The notes under the pieces are model-generated. The model did not search any database. It was not told the origin of the DNA and saw nothing but the letters and a program-made list of their open reading frames with translations. Shown piece after piece: positions 11,226-24,800 of a stretch of 64,000 nucleotides of DNA. How positions within the stretch are numbered: the stretch's first letter is position 1; every line of letters starts with the position of its first letter. This DNA comes from Entomortierella parvispora E1425. Its lineage: Eukaryota; Fungi; Mortierellomycota. The stretch lies in the NCBI GenBank assembly GCA_020891255.1, contig BQFW01000007.1, positions 2,046,001-2,110,000 of the forward strand. The letters are read 5' to 3'. The position numbers were made by a program, and so were the translations under genes.

Positions 11226-12009
11226 ACAGTCAAGAACAGGGGGTGAGGAGAAAGTCGAGGATAGCACTCTTTTGTGCCGATGCCTCTGTCCGGCTTCTGC
11301 TCCCTGCATGGAAGAGCTCCATCGACCCAGTGGACACTTTTTGGTTATCCTCCCTTCATAGACATGAGGACTTGGAACAACGAAAGATGACCATCCATAA
11401 TAAACACTTTGTGTACAGTGTGTATATTACACGTTTTAAAAACATAACCAAAGAAATCCGCTCTTGACCATTGACCCTTGACTTGAGTTGAACGCACAAA
11501 GGATCGGATTCAGAATGATACAGGACATGAACGACCTTGAACACCTTGAACCAAAAAATGAAGGAACGAACACGAACGCGTCGCGGTCGGCCCTTCCCTT
11601 CGAGGAGACACGCACAAAACGTGATCTCTCGCAGTCACACATTTCCTCTTGAATGACTTGGTCACAGTGTGCCGTGTCGGGTCTGTTCTGGGTGTGTCTG
11701 TCTGTCTGTCGTCTTTTTCCTTGTTCACATTCACTTCTTGATTCTCTCCTCTCTTTCTCCGACCTCTTCTCTTTGCACTCTCTGTCCCCTTCCTCTGTCT
11801 ATCTCCACAGACACCTTGAGCCCTATTTGTATTGCGTGCTACAGTTGCAGTTGCATTGGACAAGGACTACTGCTGCGTTGAATTCATCTCTGCTCGCAGA
11901 AACCCCTCCCTCCCTCCCTCCCTCCCTCCCTCCAGCTCAGGACCCAACACCTTGGCCTTGGAACAGACATTGGACCCTTACATACCCACTCTCACCTCGT
12001 AATTGGACC

Positions 12010-15000
12010 ATGGACTACATCAAGATCGCAAAGGTAGAGGGTTGACTACAGGGTTCATCATGGAATCGTCTCGCCCATCGGTCGTTCCTTGGTACCACAA
12101 CTCCTCAAACGTGGACCTGGTTTCTGAATCACTTTAATTGCCATGCTTCCATAGGTCAATGCCGTTCAGCTCGAAAAGGGACAGTCGACATACATTGGCA
12201 CGTTGCATCTGACAGCTCATCACCTGATCTTTTCTCATCCTGACAAAGAGATTTGGGTAAGAGCGTTTTTTTTTTTTTTTTTTCTCTTTCTCTGTCTCCT
12301 GTGCCTGGCTCAGACTAGCTGCTTCGAAACCACAATGCAAGCCTGTTCTGTCTGGTCTGACAAAGCCAAGCTAAAACCGACACTCGCACCTTCCGCACAT
12401 CCTACCTTTGTAGATCTCGTATCCAACCATCCACACGGTCGAGAAGGGTCTGCCGACGGTACACAGTGCCTGGCCATTGCAAATCCGATGCCACAACTTT
12501 GTCTATGTGGTCCTGAACTTTCAGTCCGAGCGAGATGTCACAGATGTTTATGAGAGCATACAGAAACTTACCTGTATCGGTATGTTGCATGGCACGATAT
12601 CATGTTCTCACACTTGTCCACCGGATAGAAAGGAAGAAAGAGCGAGGGAGAAAAAGTGCAGGCGTCTTTTTCATGGAGGCTGCATCCAGACCCTTTTATA
12701 TTTTTGCGCCAATGACTTTTCTCTCCATCATGCAACGACACGCCGGGCTGTGTTGGTCAAATATTTATTTACCATCTCTTTTTCTCGGATCACAGACATG
12801 TTTTAACCCGTCATCATCGTCGTCATCTCGAATACTTTATTTTTAGGCTCCGTGGAACAGTTATACGCCTTCTTCTATACACCCTCACCGGCATTCACCA
12901 CCGATGACGGATGGCAGATATATGATCCATATCTTGAGTACGAACGTATGGGCGTTGGATCCAAGAGCGATCAATGGCGATTCTCAGACTTGAACAAGTC
13001 CTTTGCAGTATGTTTTTCATTCCCGATGCAAATGCAAATGTCATTTTAGATTAAGCACTGGGCGTGGATGTCTTAACCTGTGTCTCCTCTTTGCCCTCTC
13101 ACATCCATTGTCGCTAGTTTTCACCTACGTATCCCAGCGCAATTGTGGTGCCTTCAAGAATCAGTGACACGGTCTTGACCTATGCGGCCAAACATAGGAG
13201 CAAAGCCCGTATCCCTGCTCTCAGCTACTTGCATTGGAATAATATGGTAAAGTTTTATTTTGAGAATCGATGCATTTGAAAGAGGCTTTTCCGGGTAGTG
13301 GGGCTAAAACAAAGAATGTTTTTTTTCTTTAGGCGTCCATTACTCGATCGAGTCAGCCTATGGTGGGCCTGAAGCAGAACCGATCCATTCAAGACGAAAA
13401 GCTGATCGAGGCTATTTTCCTGACCAATGTACCCCAATCGTCTTCAGGCCATCCTATCTATGGCAGCACCGCCACCAATCTGATCATTGATGCCAGACCA
13501 ACTGTGAACGCCGTCGCTAACACGGCTGCTGGAGCCGGAACAGAGAACATGGAGAATTACAGGAACTGCAAAAAGGTTTATTCCGGAATTGACAACATTC
13601 ACGTCATGCGCGATAGTTTGAACAAGCTTGTGGAAGGTAAAAATCTCGACAGAGCAACTGACGAATCGCAAAAAAAAAAAAAAAAAAAAAAAAAAAGGAA
13701 AGAAAAAAAGAGAAAGCAGGAAAAAAAGGATGCCCTACTCACTGTTTCGCTTATCTCACACACGCCAATGTCAAAAAAGCATTACAAGATCTGGATACAA
13801 AGGGCACAATTTCGAAGGCGGCTTTGGCCAAGTCAGGATGGCTAAAGCATATCGGCGCTGTCATGGATGGGGCGGCCATGATCGTGCGCAATATCCACAT
13901 TAGCAATTCGCATGTGTTGGTCCATTGCTCGGATGGTTGGGATCGAACCGCCCAGTTGACCTCGGTGGCTCAAATTTGTCTGGATCCTTATTATCGAACC
14001 CTCCGAGGATTCCAGGTTTTGGTCGAAAAGGAATGGTGCTCGTTCGGGTACAAGTTCATGGATCGCTGCGGTCATCTCTCCAACGACAAGAACTTTGTGG
14101 CGCTTTCAGCGACCAACTCGGCCGCCAACACTTTTGCAAACGTCCAGAGCAAGTTGTACAACAACAAACATATCCGTGAGACCAGTCCTATCTTTCACCA
14201 ATTCCTTGACTGTGTCTTCCAGACCATGCATCAGTACCCGACCCGGTTCGAGTTCAATGAGGACTTTTTGATCCAGCTGCACTACCACGTGTATTCTTGC
14301 CAGTTTGGCAACTTTTTGTTCAACTGCGAGAAAGACCGACGACAGTACCAGGCAAGCACCAAATGTTCTTCCATCTGGGACTTTATCAACTCCAACAAGC
14401 AAGAATATTTGAACAAGGACTATAACGCCACCGTGGACAAAGTTCGAGGTGGCGATGGAGGGGTCCTCTTCCCCGAGACAAAGGCTATCAAGTACTGGTC
14501 TAATCTGTTTGGAAGGACGGACGAGGAATTGAATTCGCTGGATGATAACTTGAATCCCAGCAACCCTTTGACCGAGCGTATGACGCCCGAGCTTTTGGGC
14601 ATGAACCCCAACTATGCCGACGAGAAGGACGTTGATGCGAATGAAAAACTGTCGGATCCCTTAGGCCTTGGCTCCAGTCCCAACTTGAGCCGGCCCCGTT
14701 CTGGGTCTGGATCCAACATCAATTCAGCATCGAGGAGCAGGGTTGCTACTCCCTCAGTGGCGGGGTATGACACAGAGGATTCATGGCAAAGGAGCGCCGA
14801 CAACTTGGCCGCCAAGCTTCCCGCCGCTATCACGGGAGCGTTCGGCGGAGGGTTCGTGGATTCTTTTAATCGACTGACGATGAACGTCCGGGATACTTGG
14901 TATTCAGCCAGTACTCCAGTCTCGTCTACGCCCCCCACGGGAGCGAACGAGTACGCAGAGGATTCACCATTTACGGATATGAAGTCTTCAGGAGGATCAG

Positions 15001-15587
15001 GGGGACAGGGCTACAACTCTCATTACCGTGCTGCGACTGTTGGTCGGAGCAACAGCAACAGCAATAGACGTCGACCCACAGTGGACAGGGAGCTCAGGTC
15101 AATTCCAAGCAACAACAACAGCCCGCTTCATGTTCACAGTGCGTCTTCGAGCCCTAAACATAGTCTGTCATCATTGACCTTGGAACAGGAAATGAACCCA
15201 GAATTTGGCTACTTGTCCGATCCTCTTGGATCTTCCAACAGACCCTCATCCAGCACAGCCGCAGCCGCAGCAGTACCATTAACAAACGGATCTTCGCCCG
15301 TGCTGGCAACCTCTCCAGGACAGTCTTCTTCGCGACCATCGTCTAGAATGAAGCAAAACGTTTCATCCCCTACCACGTTTGATCCTGCAGGTGGTCGAGC
15401 CAGTCCCACTGCACCATTAGCAGATCTCACGACGACCTTGCCGACCAGTGCCAGCAGCTCCAGTTTAGCGGGAGGATCAAGGACGAGTGATAAAGGAGAC
15501 GCTGGAACTGTGATGCCCGAACCGCCCTTACCAGAACCTGTGAAGGAGCCAGTCAAAGAACTTCCCCATCCCCTCTTTGTAGAATAG
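12010..15587 (+). CDS. YMR1: Myotubularin-family phosphoinositide 3-phosphatase
   Basis: Starts MDYIKIAK|VNAVQL...GTLHLTAHHLIF (PH-GRAM). Further exons contain W..YDP..EYERMG, WRFSDLN, RSKARIPALSY and ITRSSQPMVG, then the catalytic VHCSDGWDRT and SPIFHQFLDCV..QYPTRFEFNE. S/N-rich tail ends HPLFVE*. At least 6 GT-AG introns. Confidence 0.96.
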
Positions 15588-15887
15588 ACAACTAGTAAAG
15601 AAAAAAAAGTAGCCATTGTTTTTTTTTGTTTTTTGGCATCTTAGAATCATCCCAAACTTTTTTTTTCTTTTCCCAGGCACGCTTATGGTGATAGTGTAAA
15701 AAAATAACGTTTCTTTCTTTCTTATGGGACATGAAGGGCAAAATGATCATGAGGAAGGGGGGGAAAAATGAAGTTGAGCATAGGATGCAAAAGGTATATA
15801 TACAATCAACGACGCCCCCAATGTGGCGACGAAAGGAGCGAGTGGGCATGTCGATAGACACATCTAGGCTCGATCGATGTTCGAGGC

Positions 15888-18800
15888 TTAATATCTAAGG
15901 GGTTGAAAAAAAAAGAGTAAAGGTCAGAACAAATAAAAAAAAAAAAAAAAGGCAATGCCAGAAAAGGGCTCAGAATACATACGTCAGGGATTCGTTGGGG
16001 CATTCGTCCGTGTAATGCTGCCCGAATTCTTCACAGTTTTCGCAGTACTAAGCATTGACATGGAACACAGAAAACCTCCATGTTAGTGAGTTGCATCATT
16101 TGACATGCCAATAACGAGAAGAAAAAAAGAATAAAAAAACAGGAAAAAAAAACTTACAGCCCTCTCGTCTTCCAAGTCCTTTGAAAATGCAGACTCTGTT
16201 TCTTCAATGATCTCGGATCTGTTGGCAGCAGCGGCCGAAGCAGCAGAGGCACCGGCCTTGTTGGCGCCGCCAAAAACAGCAACGCAGCTGATCAAGTCGT
16301 GACCCTCAACTTCACAAATTTCACAGAACAGAGCTTGGTCCGCAGTGCTGTTGGTGGTCGTCCTGGTCCTGTCACTACCGCCATTGGTGGATGCGTGTCC
16401 GTTGGTGCCGCCATATTTGGACATGGAGCTGGTCGTGGGTGTAGGTGGAAGATCCGCAAAGGAGGAGGAAGGTGTGGCGCCCAGTTTGGTGAGCTGGGAT
16501 CTCAAATCCGAAACTTCGCGCTGGAGACGGTCAATCTGCTTCTGCTTCTGCTGTACTTCCTCTTCCAAATCAGCCTCGTGGAAGATCTTGCTCTCGATCA
16601 AAGACTCGAGCTCAGTGAGCTCCTTGTTCAACTGGGCCAGCTCCCAAGATTTGGATCGGTCCAGTTCAACATAACGTTGGCGGAGATCCCTCATCTCCAG
16701 AGCATGGGCTTGGGTCAATCGATCCAACAGTGCCTGCTTCTCCTTGAGGAGACCCTCCAATCGAATCACAGACGCGGACTGTGTGGTTCCGCCCAGACCA
16801 CCGGCCTGTTTCTCGCTCGCGGTCACAATTGAAGTGTCCTTGGTCAAGGCAGTCAAGTTGTTGAGAGCAGCCTTAAGTTCATCCTGTCCAATAACCACTG
16901 CCTTTGGATCCTCGCCATGATGCAACAAATCCAGTTCATCCTTTTCACCTGTGCTTCCAGTGCCATCTCCGTTCGATACGGCCAAGCTCTCGGAGTGCAA
17001 CCTTTCGACCTCGTCCATGAGCTTGAGACACTCGGTCTCCACATGCTTGTGGGCCTCCATCAAGATGTCGTGTTCTTGCATCAGCTTCTTGTTCTCACCC
17101 GCGACGGCTGCATTCTCAGCAGTGAGTTCATGCACCATGGCCTTGAGACCAGAAATCTCCTCCTCCAACTCGGCTCTGTTCAATACCACTGCGTTGTCAC
17201 CAGTGGACGCCGCTGTGGGCACGGAAGCGGACAAGGTCAATGCGGCCTCCAACTCTGCAATCTTGGCCAAGAGGTCCTCGCGCTCTTCTTCCAATGAGGA
17301 CACCTCGGTTCTGGATTGTTCCAGGGTCTCGAGAGGAACCAACAGCGCATTCTTGCGCTCCAGGTCCTTCTTCAAGACATCGTTGGCTTGGTTGGCAAAG
17401 TTCAACAAACTCTGAAGCTCTTCCAAGTTAAAGCCAGATTCTTCCAGCATGGCCGTCTTTTGGATAGTCTCCAACTGCAAAGCTTCGCATCGCTCCCGCC
17501 ATTCATCGACTGTCTGGGCAATTTCCTCCAACTCATCCATCCTGTCCTTGGTTTCGGCCAGGCGGTTCGTCATGAACTCCTCTGCTTGCGAAAGCTTGGC
17601 CAAAGAATCATCGAGGCTCAGCTGGAGTTGAGAGGTCTCTTCCTCAGCTGCCGCCTTGGATTCTGTCAAGGTCGCAATGGTCGCGTCCAAGGACTTGATC
17701 TTTTCTGTGTATTCATCTTCGCTCGCCTCCAAAGTCTGGATCTCGGACCGCAGAGTCGTCATAATAATGATATTATCCGTCACAGCCTCCTCCAGACGCT
17801 TCTTCTCGTTCTCCCAGACCTTGCGCATGCGATCAACCTCCTCGCTCTGAACCATACCCGCCAGATCCTGGAGCTCGAGCTTGAAGTTTGCAATCTCTTG
17901 GTCACGTTTGGCAATCAGAGAGTCGTATTCCTTCATCTTTTCTTCCTGTCCGCGAGCAGTCTTTTCGGTCTTTGCAAGTTGATCCTGGGCCTGCTGCAGG
18001 ACGAGTTCGGTCTGTTCCAGCTTGGAGAGTGATTCCTCTGCACCGACCTTCAACTTGTCCTGAGCCTCCTGCAACTGATCCTTGGTCACCGCAGCCTCAT
18101 CGAGGGCTGCTTGGAGCAGCAAGTCCTTGTCGGCCAGATCTGTCTTTGCCTTCTCCTCCAAAGAAATCAACTTGTCCAAAAGGATGTCCCGCTCAGTCTC
18201 CAACTCCAGCTGCTTGGCATCGCTGTTTGACTGGCTCTCCTCCGAAATCTTTGCCAATCTTTCTTCCTGTTCAAGTGCCTTCGACTCGAGATCCTGAACT
18301 TTTTGATCTTGCGCTTGGGAGGCTTCCTCTGCCTGCTGCAGTCTCTCTTCCAAAGACTCGATCAGAATCTTTTGTTCCTGGACAAGGGCCATTGACTCTG
18401 CATCTGCATCTGCCATTCCATTAGACTCTTTTAGCTCCTGGAGTTTCTCGGCCAGCTCCGTCTTTTCCCGCGTGAGGGTGACTTTCTCCTTTTGTGAACG
18501 AGCAGCCTCAAGCCAGGCCTGGGTCATCTTTTCTGTCACGACCTTGATCTCTTGATCCTTGGCCGCCTTTTCCTTTTCCCAGACAATCTTCATGGTCTGA
18601 AGCTCCTCCAACTCGGCCAAGATTCGCTCATCTGCACCCTCCCGACCTTTAGACTCTTGGACTTCAGACTTCAACAGGCTGTTCTCTGCCATCACCGCTC
18701 CCAGATCCAAACGAAGTTGCTGAAGCTGTTGCGTGGCCTCTTCATGCTTGGGAGAGCCGGCCGTTTGTATCGCCGTCGCCTGGTCGAGCAAGTTGGATCG

Positions 18801-20932
18801 ACTCTCGCTGGGTGAAAGAATCGTCGAGGCATCGGGAGTGTCAGAGCGAGAAGAGAGTCGCCTTGGGGTCGTAAGGGTACGGGGAGTGGGGGAAGTTCTT
18901 GCACGAGCAGTTGCTGAAACGCTCGATTGAGAAGTGACCGAGGACGTGGAGGAGGTTGAACGGGAGTGAGCCCCGGGTTTGGTGGCAAGAGATCCAAGAG
19001 CTGGTTTAGTAGCGGGAAGAGACTGTCTAGCCGATACTCCTGTACGCGTGGTGGGGGATGATGCCCTGAGCAAGGGCTTTGGCACAGGCGAGGGCGAGTT
19101 GGCGCGACCATTGGTCGATCCCGAGGTCAGAGTTCGGGGTGCAGTGGGTGAACCTGTCATTCCACTGAGCGCTCGAATGGTTGGACTGGATGCACGAACG
19201 GAGGTACCTGGTGCTCCATTCAGATTTTGCATCGAAAGTCGAGATGTAGTGGTGATAGTGCCGTTGTTGGTAGTCGTTATGGATGCAGGGGGTGCACTTC
19301 CGTGACGCTGCTTCAGCTGGGTTGCCGTCATGCCAACATACTTTGAGGCTCTGGATCCAGCTGTGATTCTCGAGGCAACCTGGGCTGCATGACTGACTTG
19401 AGGCAAGGGTCCATGGTTGTCTTCCTGCACTGAGGGTGGTCGCTGGGTCTGCACTGCAGGTTCCAATGAAGAGGGGAAGAGTAGCTCTGACTTGACGATC
19501 TTTGCCGCCAGGACAAAGATACCACACTTTGGCCGACAGCTGAAGTAGGTCACCCTGCATCGCATCATGAAACGGAATAGAAAAAAAAACAACATCAGTC
19601 AACATCAATTGTGCACCTATTTTCGCCGTAGTGAAATCAAGTCCGTTGCCCTTGGCTGGTCTGTCCATGATGCGATGCAAGTCCAACAGTGTCGCAGAAC
19701 CAAAGCACCCCCGTGGGCTGAAAATGGAAAACAGGTGATGAGGCAGCCAAAAGAAAAAAAAGCGATAGCACTTACCCTCCAACACTGCCGTCGTTCTTTC
19801 CGGTAGGAGTGTCCAGCTCGATACCCGCCCATGTGCCTGTTTTGAATTCTGTGGGTCCCACGAAGCGCAGGTATCCTGAAAGAGCCATACTTTCCACAAT
19901 CACCCGATCGCCAATCTCGTAGTTGTCCAGCGAGGGTGGTGTCACAGCAGCAGCAACAGCACCCGGGATTGCACTCTGCAGGTGTTTTGCTGCAGCAGCA
20001 CCGGCCATTGGTGCCACCAGTCCTGTTGTCGTTCCTGGAGGTCGCTGGAACAGCGGCTGCTTGAGCAATCCAGAACGTGACCCTCCAGGGGCAATACCTC
20101 CCAGACCCGCTCCTGTTCCAGCCGACCCCGCGGAGAGACGCGATCCAGTCAGGGCCGGACGCGATCCAGAGGGCGATCCCGCGACAGGACGTGTTAAGCC
20201 CGCTGTGGAGGTTGTTGGGGAGGGAGACGAAGATGTCATGGGCAGGTTAGGATTCGAGGTCGAGAGTGGGGACATTCCAGAATAGGAGGCTGGTCGAGTG
20301 GGCTGCTGACTAGAGATGGTGTTGTTGTTGGCGTGTGGATGGGACGTAGGCGAAGGGGTCTCTGGGTGCATTCGCAGGTGCGACGAACTAGGGCGACGGC
20401 CGAGCTGGGATGTTGAAGACGGGGTAGATGCAGGGCGGTAGGACAATGGGGACGCGAGTCCCGTGGGTGAGGCACGATCGCTGCTGCTGGGACTCGGACT
20501 CGATGGATGTTGACTGTGCTGCAGCGCAGAGAAGCCAAGGGCGGTCGCAGGTGAACTCGCCGACATGCCGCCCAAACTGGTGTTGCTGCTGTTGTTGCTG
20601 GCATAGGCATTACCGAAGGCCAGGGACGATGTGGTGGTGCCAGTGGTCATGGAGTTGGTGGAGTTGGTGGAGTTGGTGGTGGTGGTGGTGGTGCGGCGAG
20701 CAGGATCAATCAATCCTGGACTGTGCATCGAGATGGCCTCGGCCAAGAGCGCCTGCTGCTCCGGGGTCATATCCTTGAGCGTTTTGGAGACGGAGCTGGC
20801 GCCAGGCACGGACATGAACGTGCGGCGCTGAAGGACACTGCCCGGGGCTGGGATCCCCGACAGTGGGATAGGGCCGCCAGCAGAGGGCGGCTTTGGCAAT
20901 TTGGAGTTTGCCTTTGGGGTTGTGGGTGCCAT
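15888..20932 (-). CDS. CAP-Gly microtubule plus-end tracking protein (CLIP-170/Bik1/Tip1 type) with long coiled coil and two C-terminal zinc knuckles
   Basis: CAP-Gly EIGDRV...GYLRFVGPTEFKTGTWAGIELDTPTGKNDGSVGG|VTYFSCRPKCGIFV is split by intron ~19560-19775. A long coiled coil follows, then knuckles FCEICEVEGHDLISC and YCENCEEFGQHYTDEC. A final 7-nt coding exon at 15888-15894 gives the ending ...SLTY*. Confidence 0.9.
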
Positions 20933-21229
20933 GGCAACGGCAGAAGGTGCTCGATGACTGGCAGAAAGAGAAGATAGCTAGATGAAGGTAGTTGGGGGGA
21001 AATGCGGGATTAGATGAAGGAAGGTGATTAGCAGAATGCAAGGAAAAGGACAAAGACAAGGAGGAGAAGTAAGGATGAAAAGAGGAAGGGAGGAGGGGGG
21101 GTGGGGGGAGAGAAAGGAAGGAAGGAGGAAGGAGGAGGAAGAAATAATAATAATAATAAAAAAAAGGATCGAAAAAAAACAAGGTGTGTCAATCAGGGAT
21201 GTGGGGAGAAAATCAAGAAGAGAAAGAAG

Positions 21230-21440
21230 AGGATGGGATGGGATGGAGGGATATTCGGGGTTGTGCAAATGTTTAAGCGTGGGCGAGTGCAGATGGATAG
21301 GGATGGATGGATGGACGTGTGGATGGCCAGATGGGATGGGATGGGATGCAGGGCAGCAGGTCGCGTCGTGTGTTTGCAAGAGTGTTGTTTTGTTTGTTTG
21401 TTTGTCAGTCTGTCAGTCTGTCAGTAGTCTGTCAGTCCAG
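21230..21440. repeat. Mixed microsatellite tract: (GGATG)n, (GGAT)n, (TGTT)n, (TCAGTCTG)n
   Basis: Direct reading of 21230-21440, upstream of the CAP-Gly gene. Confidence 0.8.
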
Positions 21441-21855
21441 TTTGTCTGTTGAGTTGAGTGCATGCTGCTGTTGTTGTTGTTGCTGCGAGTGCGCGTGCAG
21501 CAGGGGAAGGGAACATGGGCATGCATCCGACTCACCTCGCTAGCTGATGGATCGATGCAGGAATGAAAGAAAGGAACAAAAAGGAACAAGGGACTCTGTG
21601 AGGTCTTTTTCTCAACAGAAGGCCGCCAGGACACACCCAGACAGGCACACAACACAACACGCTCGGCCTTCTCTCTTCTTTCCAGCCAGCCACAGCGCGT
21701 TTGTTCTTTTTTTTTTTTGCAGTGACAGGGCATGGACTGGTGGACATGTCATATCCACAATTTTAATGATTTTTCAGGACAGAGATGCAGCAACAACAAA
21801 AAGCAGGCAGATAAAATCAACAAATGATGCATGCGTCAAAGGTGAGTTGTTGTTG

Positions 21856-24800
21856 TTATGGTAACCCGGCTTTCCGAATCTCGGTCAGTTTGGCATTCAT
21901 GCCCCGAACAAACGACTTCACACTGCTGGCTTTCGCATCCCCCACCCGCAATTCTTCCGCCGAGAGAGACCTTGCCTCTTGACCCTGGTTCTGCATCTGC
22001 CGTGGATGAGCGGGTCTCTGCTGCTGGATTGTTTGCTGGTGTGGCTGCGGTTGCTGGGAGGTCCGATGGCTAGATCCCCGTGGTCTATCACCAGGATGGC
22101 TACCGCGCATCATGGATGTCTGTCCTGACGGAAGAGGACTGTACGCAGCCATGTCGTTCATCAAGCCAGGAGTAGTACTCGATGATCCTGTACCGCGCGG
22201 ATCGGGACTGTGCAGGCTACTCCCAGCTCCCGCCCCATTGGTGCTATTACCACTGTGAGGTGGGCTGGCAAAAAATGCTTGTTGAGATAAAGGTCTCGGC
22301 AACCCTGCCGCGGAAGGATACTGCTGTTGGCCTGATCCAATGGATCCTGTTCCTGAATGTTGTTTCGGGATGAAGTGCGGTGGTGGCGCTGTCTGCTGCT
22401 GTTGGTTTACAGAAAGAGTCGCGCCATAACCGCCATGGGAGTACACAGGCTGCGGGTGATACCCCGCCATGGCTGCTGTGGGGCTACTGCCCACTAAAGG
22501 GGATTGTAAAAGAGGATTGTGAACTCCTGGCGGTAGTGGAATGTTGGCCACCAGCAGTGGCGAACCGCCATAGAGGCTATTTCTGCCTGATCCTGCGAAA
22601 TAGTGCTCTGCCGACGAACCGCTCTTGGTCGAATGGTGGTGCTGGTGCGAATTTTGTTGTGCTTGTGCTGGGGTGTGCTGTTGTTGTTGTGCCATAGTAG
22701 AGGTCGCAGCAGGAGGACTACGACTTGGCGCCGCAGGCGCTGGAGCAATCCCGGTAAGGAAACGACTCGCAATAGGGGTGGGCATCTGTTGTCCAGAAGG
22801 TGACTGGTAACCAGGGCTGTAGCTTGAGGGACCGACTCTGGATCCCTGCTGAGTAGAGGTAGAGACAGTCAGAGGTTCAAATCCTGCCTTGTCATGTAAT
22901 GGTGGCAGTATAGGAGGCGCAGGGTTGGATGCCAAAGACGGTGCAGAGATGGTTGGCAGTGTCTTGTTGTTGCAATGATGGCGATGAAGGATAGACCCGG
23001 ACCTAAATAAGGATAAAGAGTCGGGTTTAGTACACTCAGTCAGCATCCCATCTGGACATTTCCTTTGTCTCAATATATCCTACAGTCGCTCGGTTGAATA
23101 GAGGCGGTTGATGACATCGCGGGGTTTGGTTCCGTCCAAGATCCTTCTTGACGTTGAGACACTTTCATCCACGAGTACAATTGTGTCTGGAATAAACTGA
23201 TGCTGCTCTACAACCGCATCCAAGAGAGGTTTATACATTGACACCAAAAGTTCTGGATCAAAGTTGATAACCTTCACAACACAGATCACTTGTCCGGTCG
23301 CCATCTTGAACGTTACGCTAAGTGAATAGATGGAAGGTTAGTTGGGTTGAACGGTTTTAGTGTCGCCTTCCAGTGGGCCATATTTGACATACCATCCTTG
23401 GGGTGCAACATTAGAGTGTGAGCTTTCAATTGTGGTCTCAACATCAATGAAGAAGTGTAGGAGACCCTGCACTTCAAATGATTCATCCATGCTTCCTAGC
23501 ACAAACAACTGGAAGGAGCCAGTTGCAGAATGGGAGGCGATCACTGACGCTGCCGCGGTTTGACCCTGATTTATCAAGGACTGGAGGTGCGCGTGTTGAC
23601 CATTCCACAAGAATCCCAAGTCTCCAGTACGCACGTATCGCACTTGATTGTTGTATCCAGTGATGCATGCCCCAAATGGCTGTGGCTGACCCGGTTGAAC
23701 CATCATGCCTTGAGGATAATGGAATGAACTGACACTAGAGTCCGAGCATACCCAAATCTCACCAATCTGATTTGCATTACATACTTCCATCGTTTCGGGG
23801 TGAACGATCGCGATAGAGGTGCAGACGGTGGACTAAAGAGAAAGGTGGAGTCAGAAAAAGATAACGTATTATATATCAATCACCAGACAGAGAGCAAAAA
23901 AAAGTAGCGTTTGACTTACAATGCCCGTATCCTCGAGCCACATGCCAGTGAGATCGTCTGCTTCGCTTGTCGGGGTGATGATGCCATATCGAAGGTTCTT
24001 GGAAGAAACATGGACCCGAACAGGACCCGTCGTTCTTTCGACTTGAGAGGTCACCATGAGGTGTAGTGGGTGGCTATAAACCATGTTGAGTGCATCCGCA
24101 TCCATTCTGAGTTGGCCCAGCCTTGAGATAGCCGTCATGTTCTTGTCTCTTTGGATGCGACTATTTCCAATGATCATTAGATTCCTGAGGTTCTCGAGGG
24201 ACACGGTTGCCGAAGGGATGCCGTGGGTGCCATCCAGCCTCGACAGTAGTTGATCTAGCAATGGGTATGTCAATGCTGCATCTTGGACTAAGATTCAAAC
24301 AATATTAAAGAATGTGGAGTTAGTGACATTATCCTAATCTCAGATTTCCTACTCATCCTGCCTTTGAGCCATTGATAGTCTTTACCTTTGTATCGCGTAA
24401 GGGCTTCCAACCACATGGCAGGATTGGCACTGAAGTCCACCGGCTGAACAATTATTGTCGGTCCGCCATTATAGATACCGCTCAAACAGCCATGAATGAA
24501 CCCAAGGCCGTTGAAGATGCTCATACATGTCACCATGGCTTGACCAGGTAGCGTCCGAAACTGCAGTTTCTGGTTTCTGCAGAGGCTGTTGAGAGTCTCA
24601 TGGTTGAGCCTAAGCAGTTTTTTGGCTCCAACAGATCTTGGGCGAGCTTCGGGATCTGTCAAATAAACGGCAGTGAAATTGGGCGCAATCCACTCCATTC
24701 GAGGCCCGTAACCAGAGAGGGCACCGACCGTGTTTTTAGTCTTGGCAGCCTTAGTCACATTGAATATGGGGGGCAGGACTAGGTCCCCCAACTCAAATAC

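Noticed and set aside
11653-12009. In-frame upstream ATG that could add 119 aa to YMR1
   Set aside because: It translates CT-rich promoter and microsatellite sequence. MDYIK at 12010 matches the usual fungal myotubularin start.
22313-22321. GTATCCTTC on the - strand resembling a U12-type 5' splice site
   Set aside because: It lies within an uninterrupted coding frame (QQYPSAAG), and I found no matching U12 branch point or acceptor.
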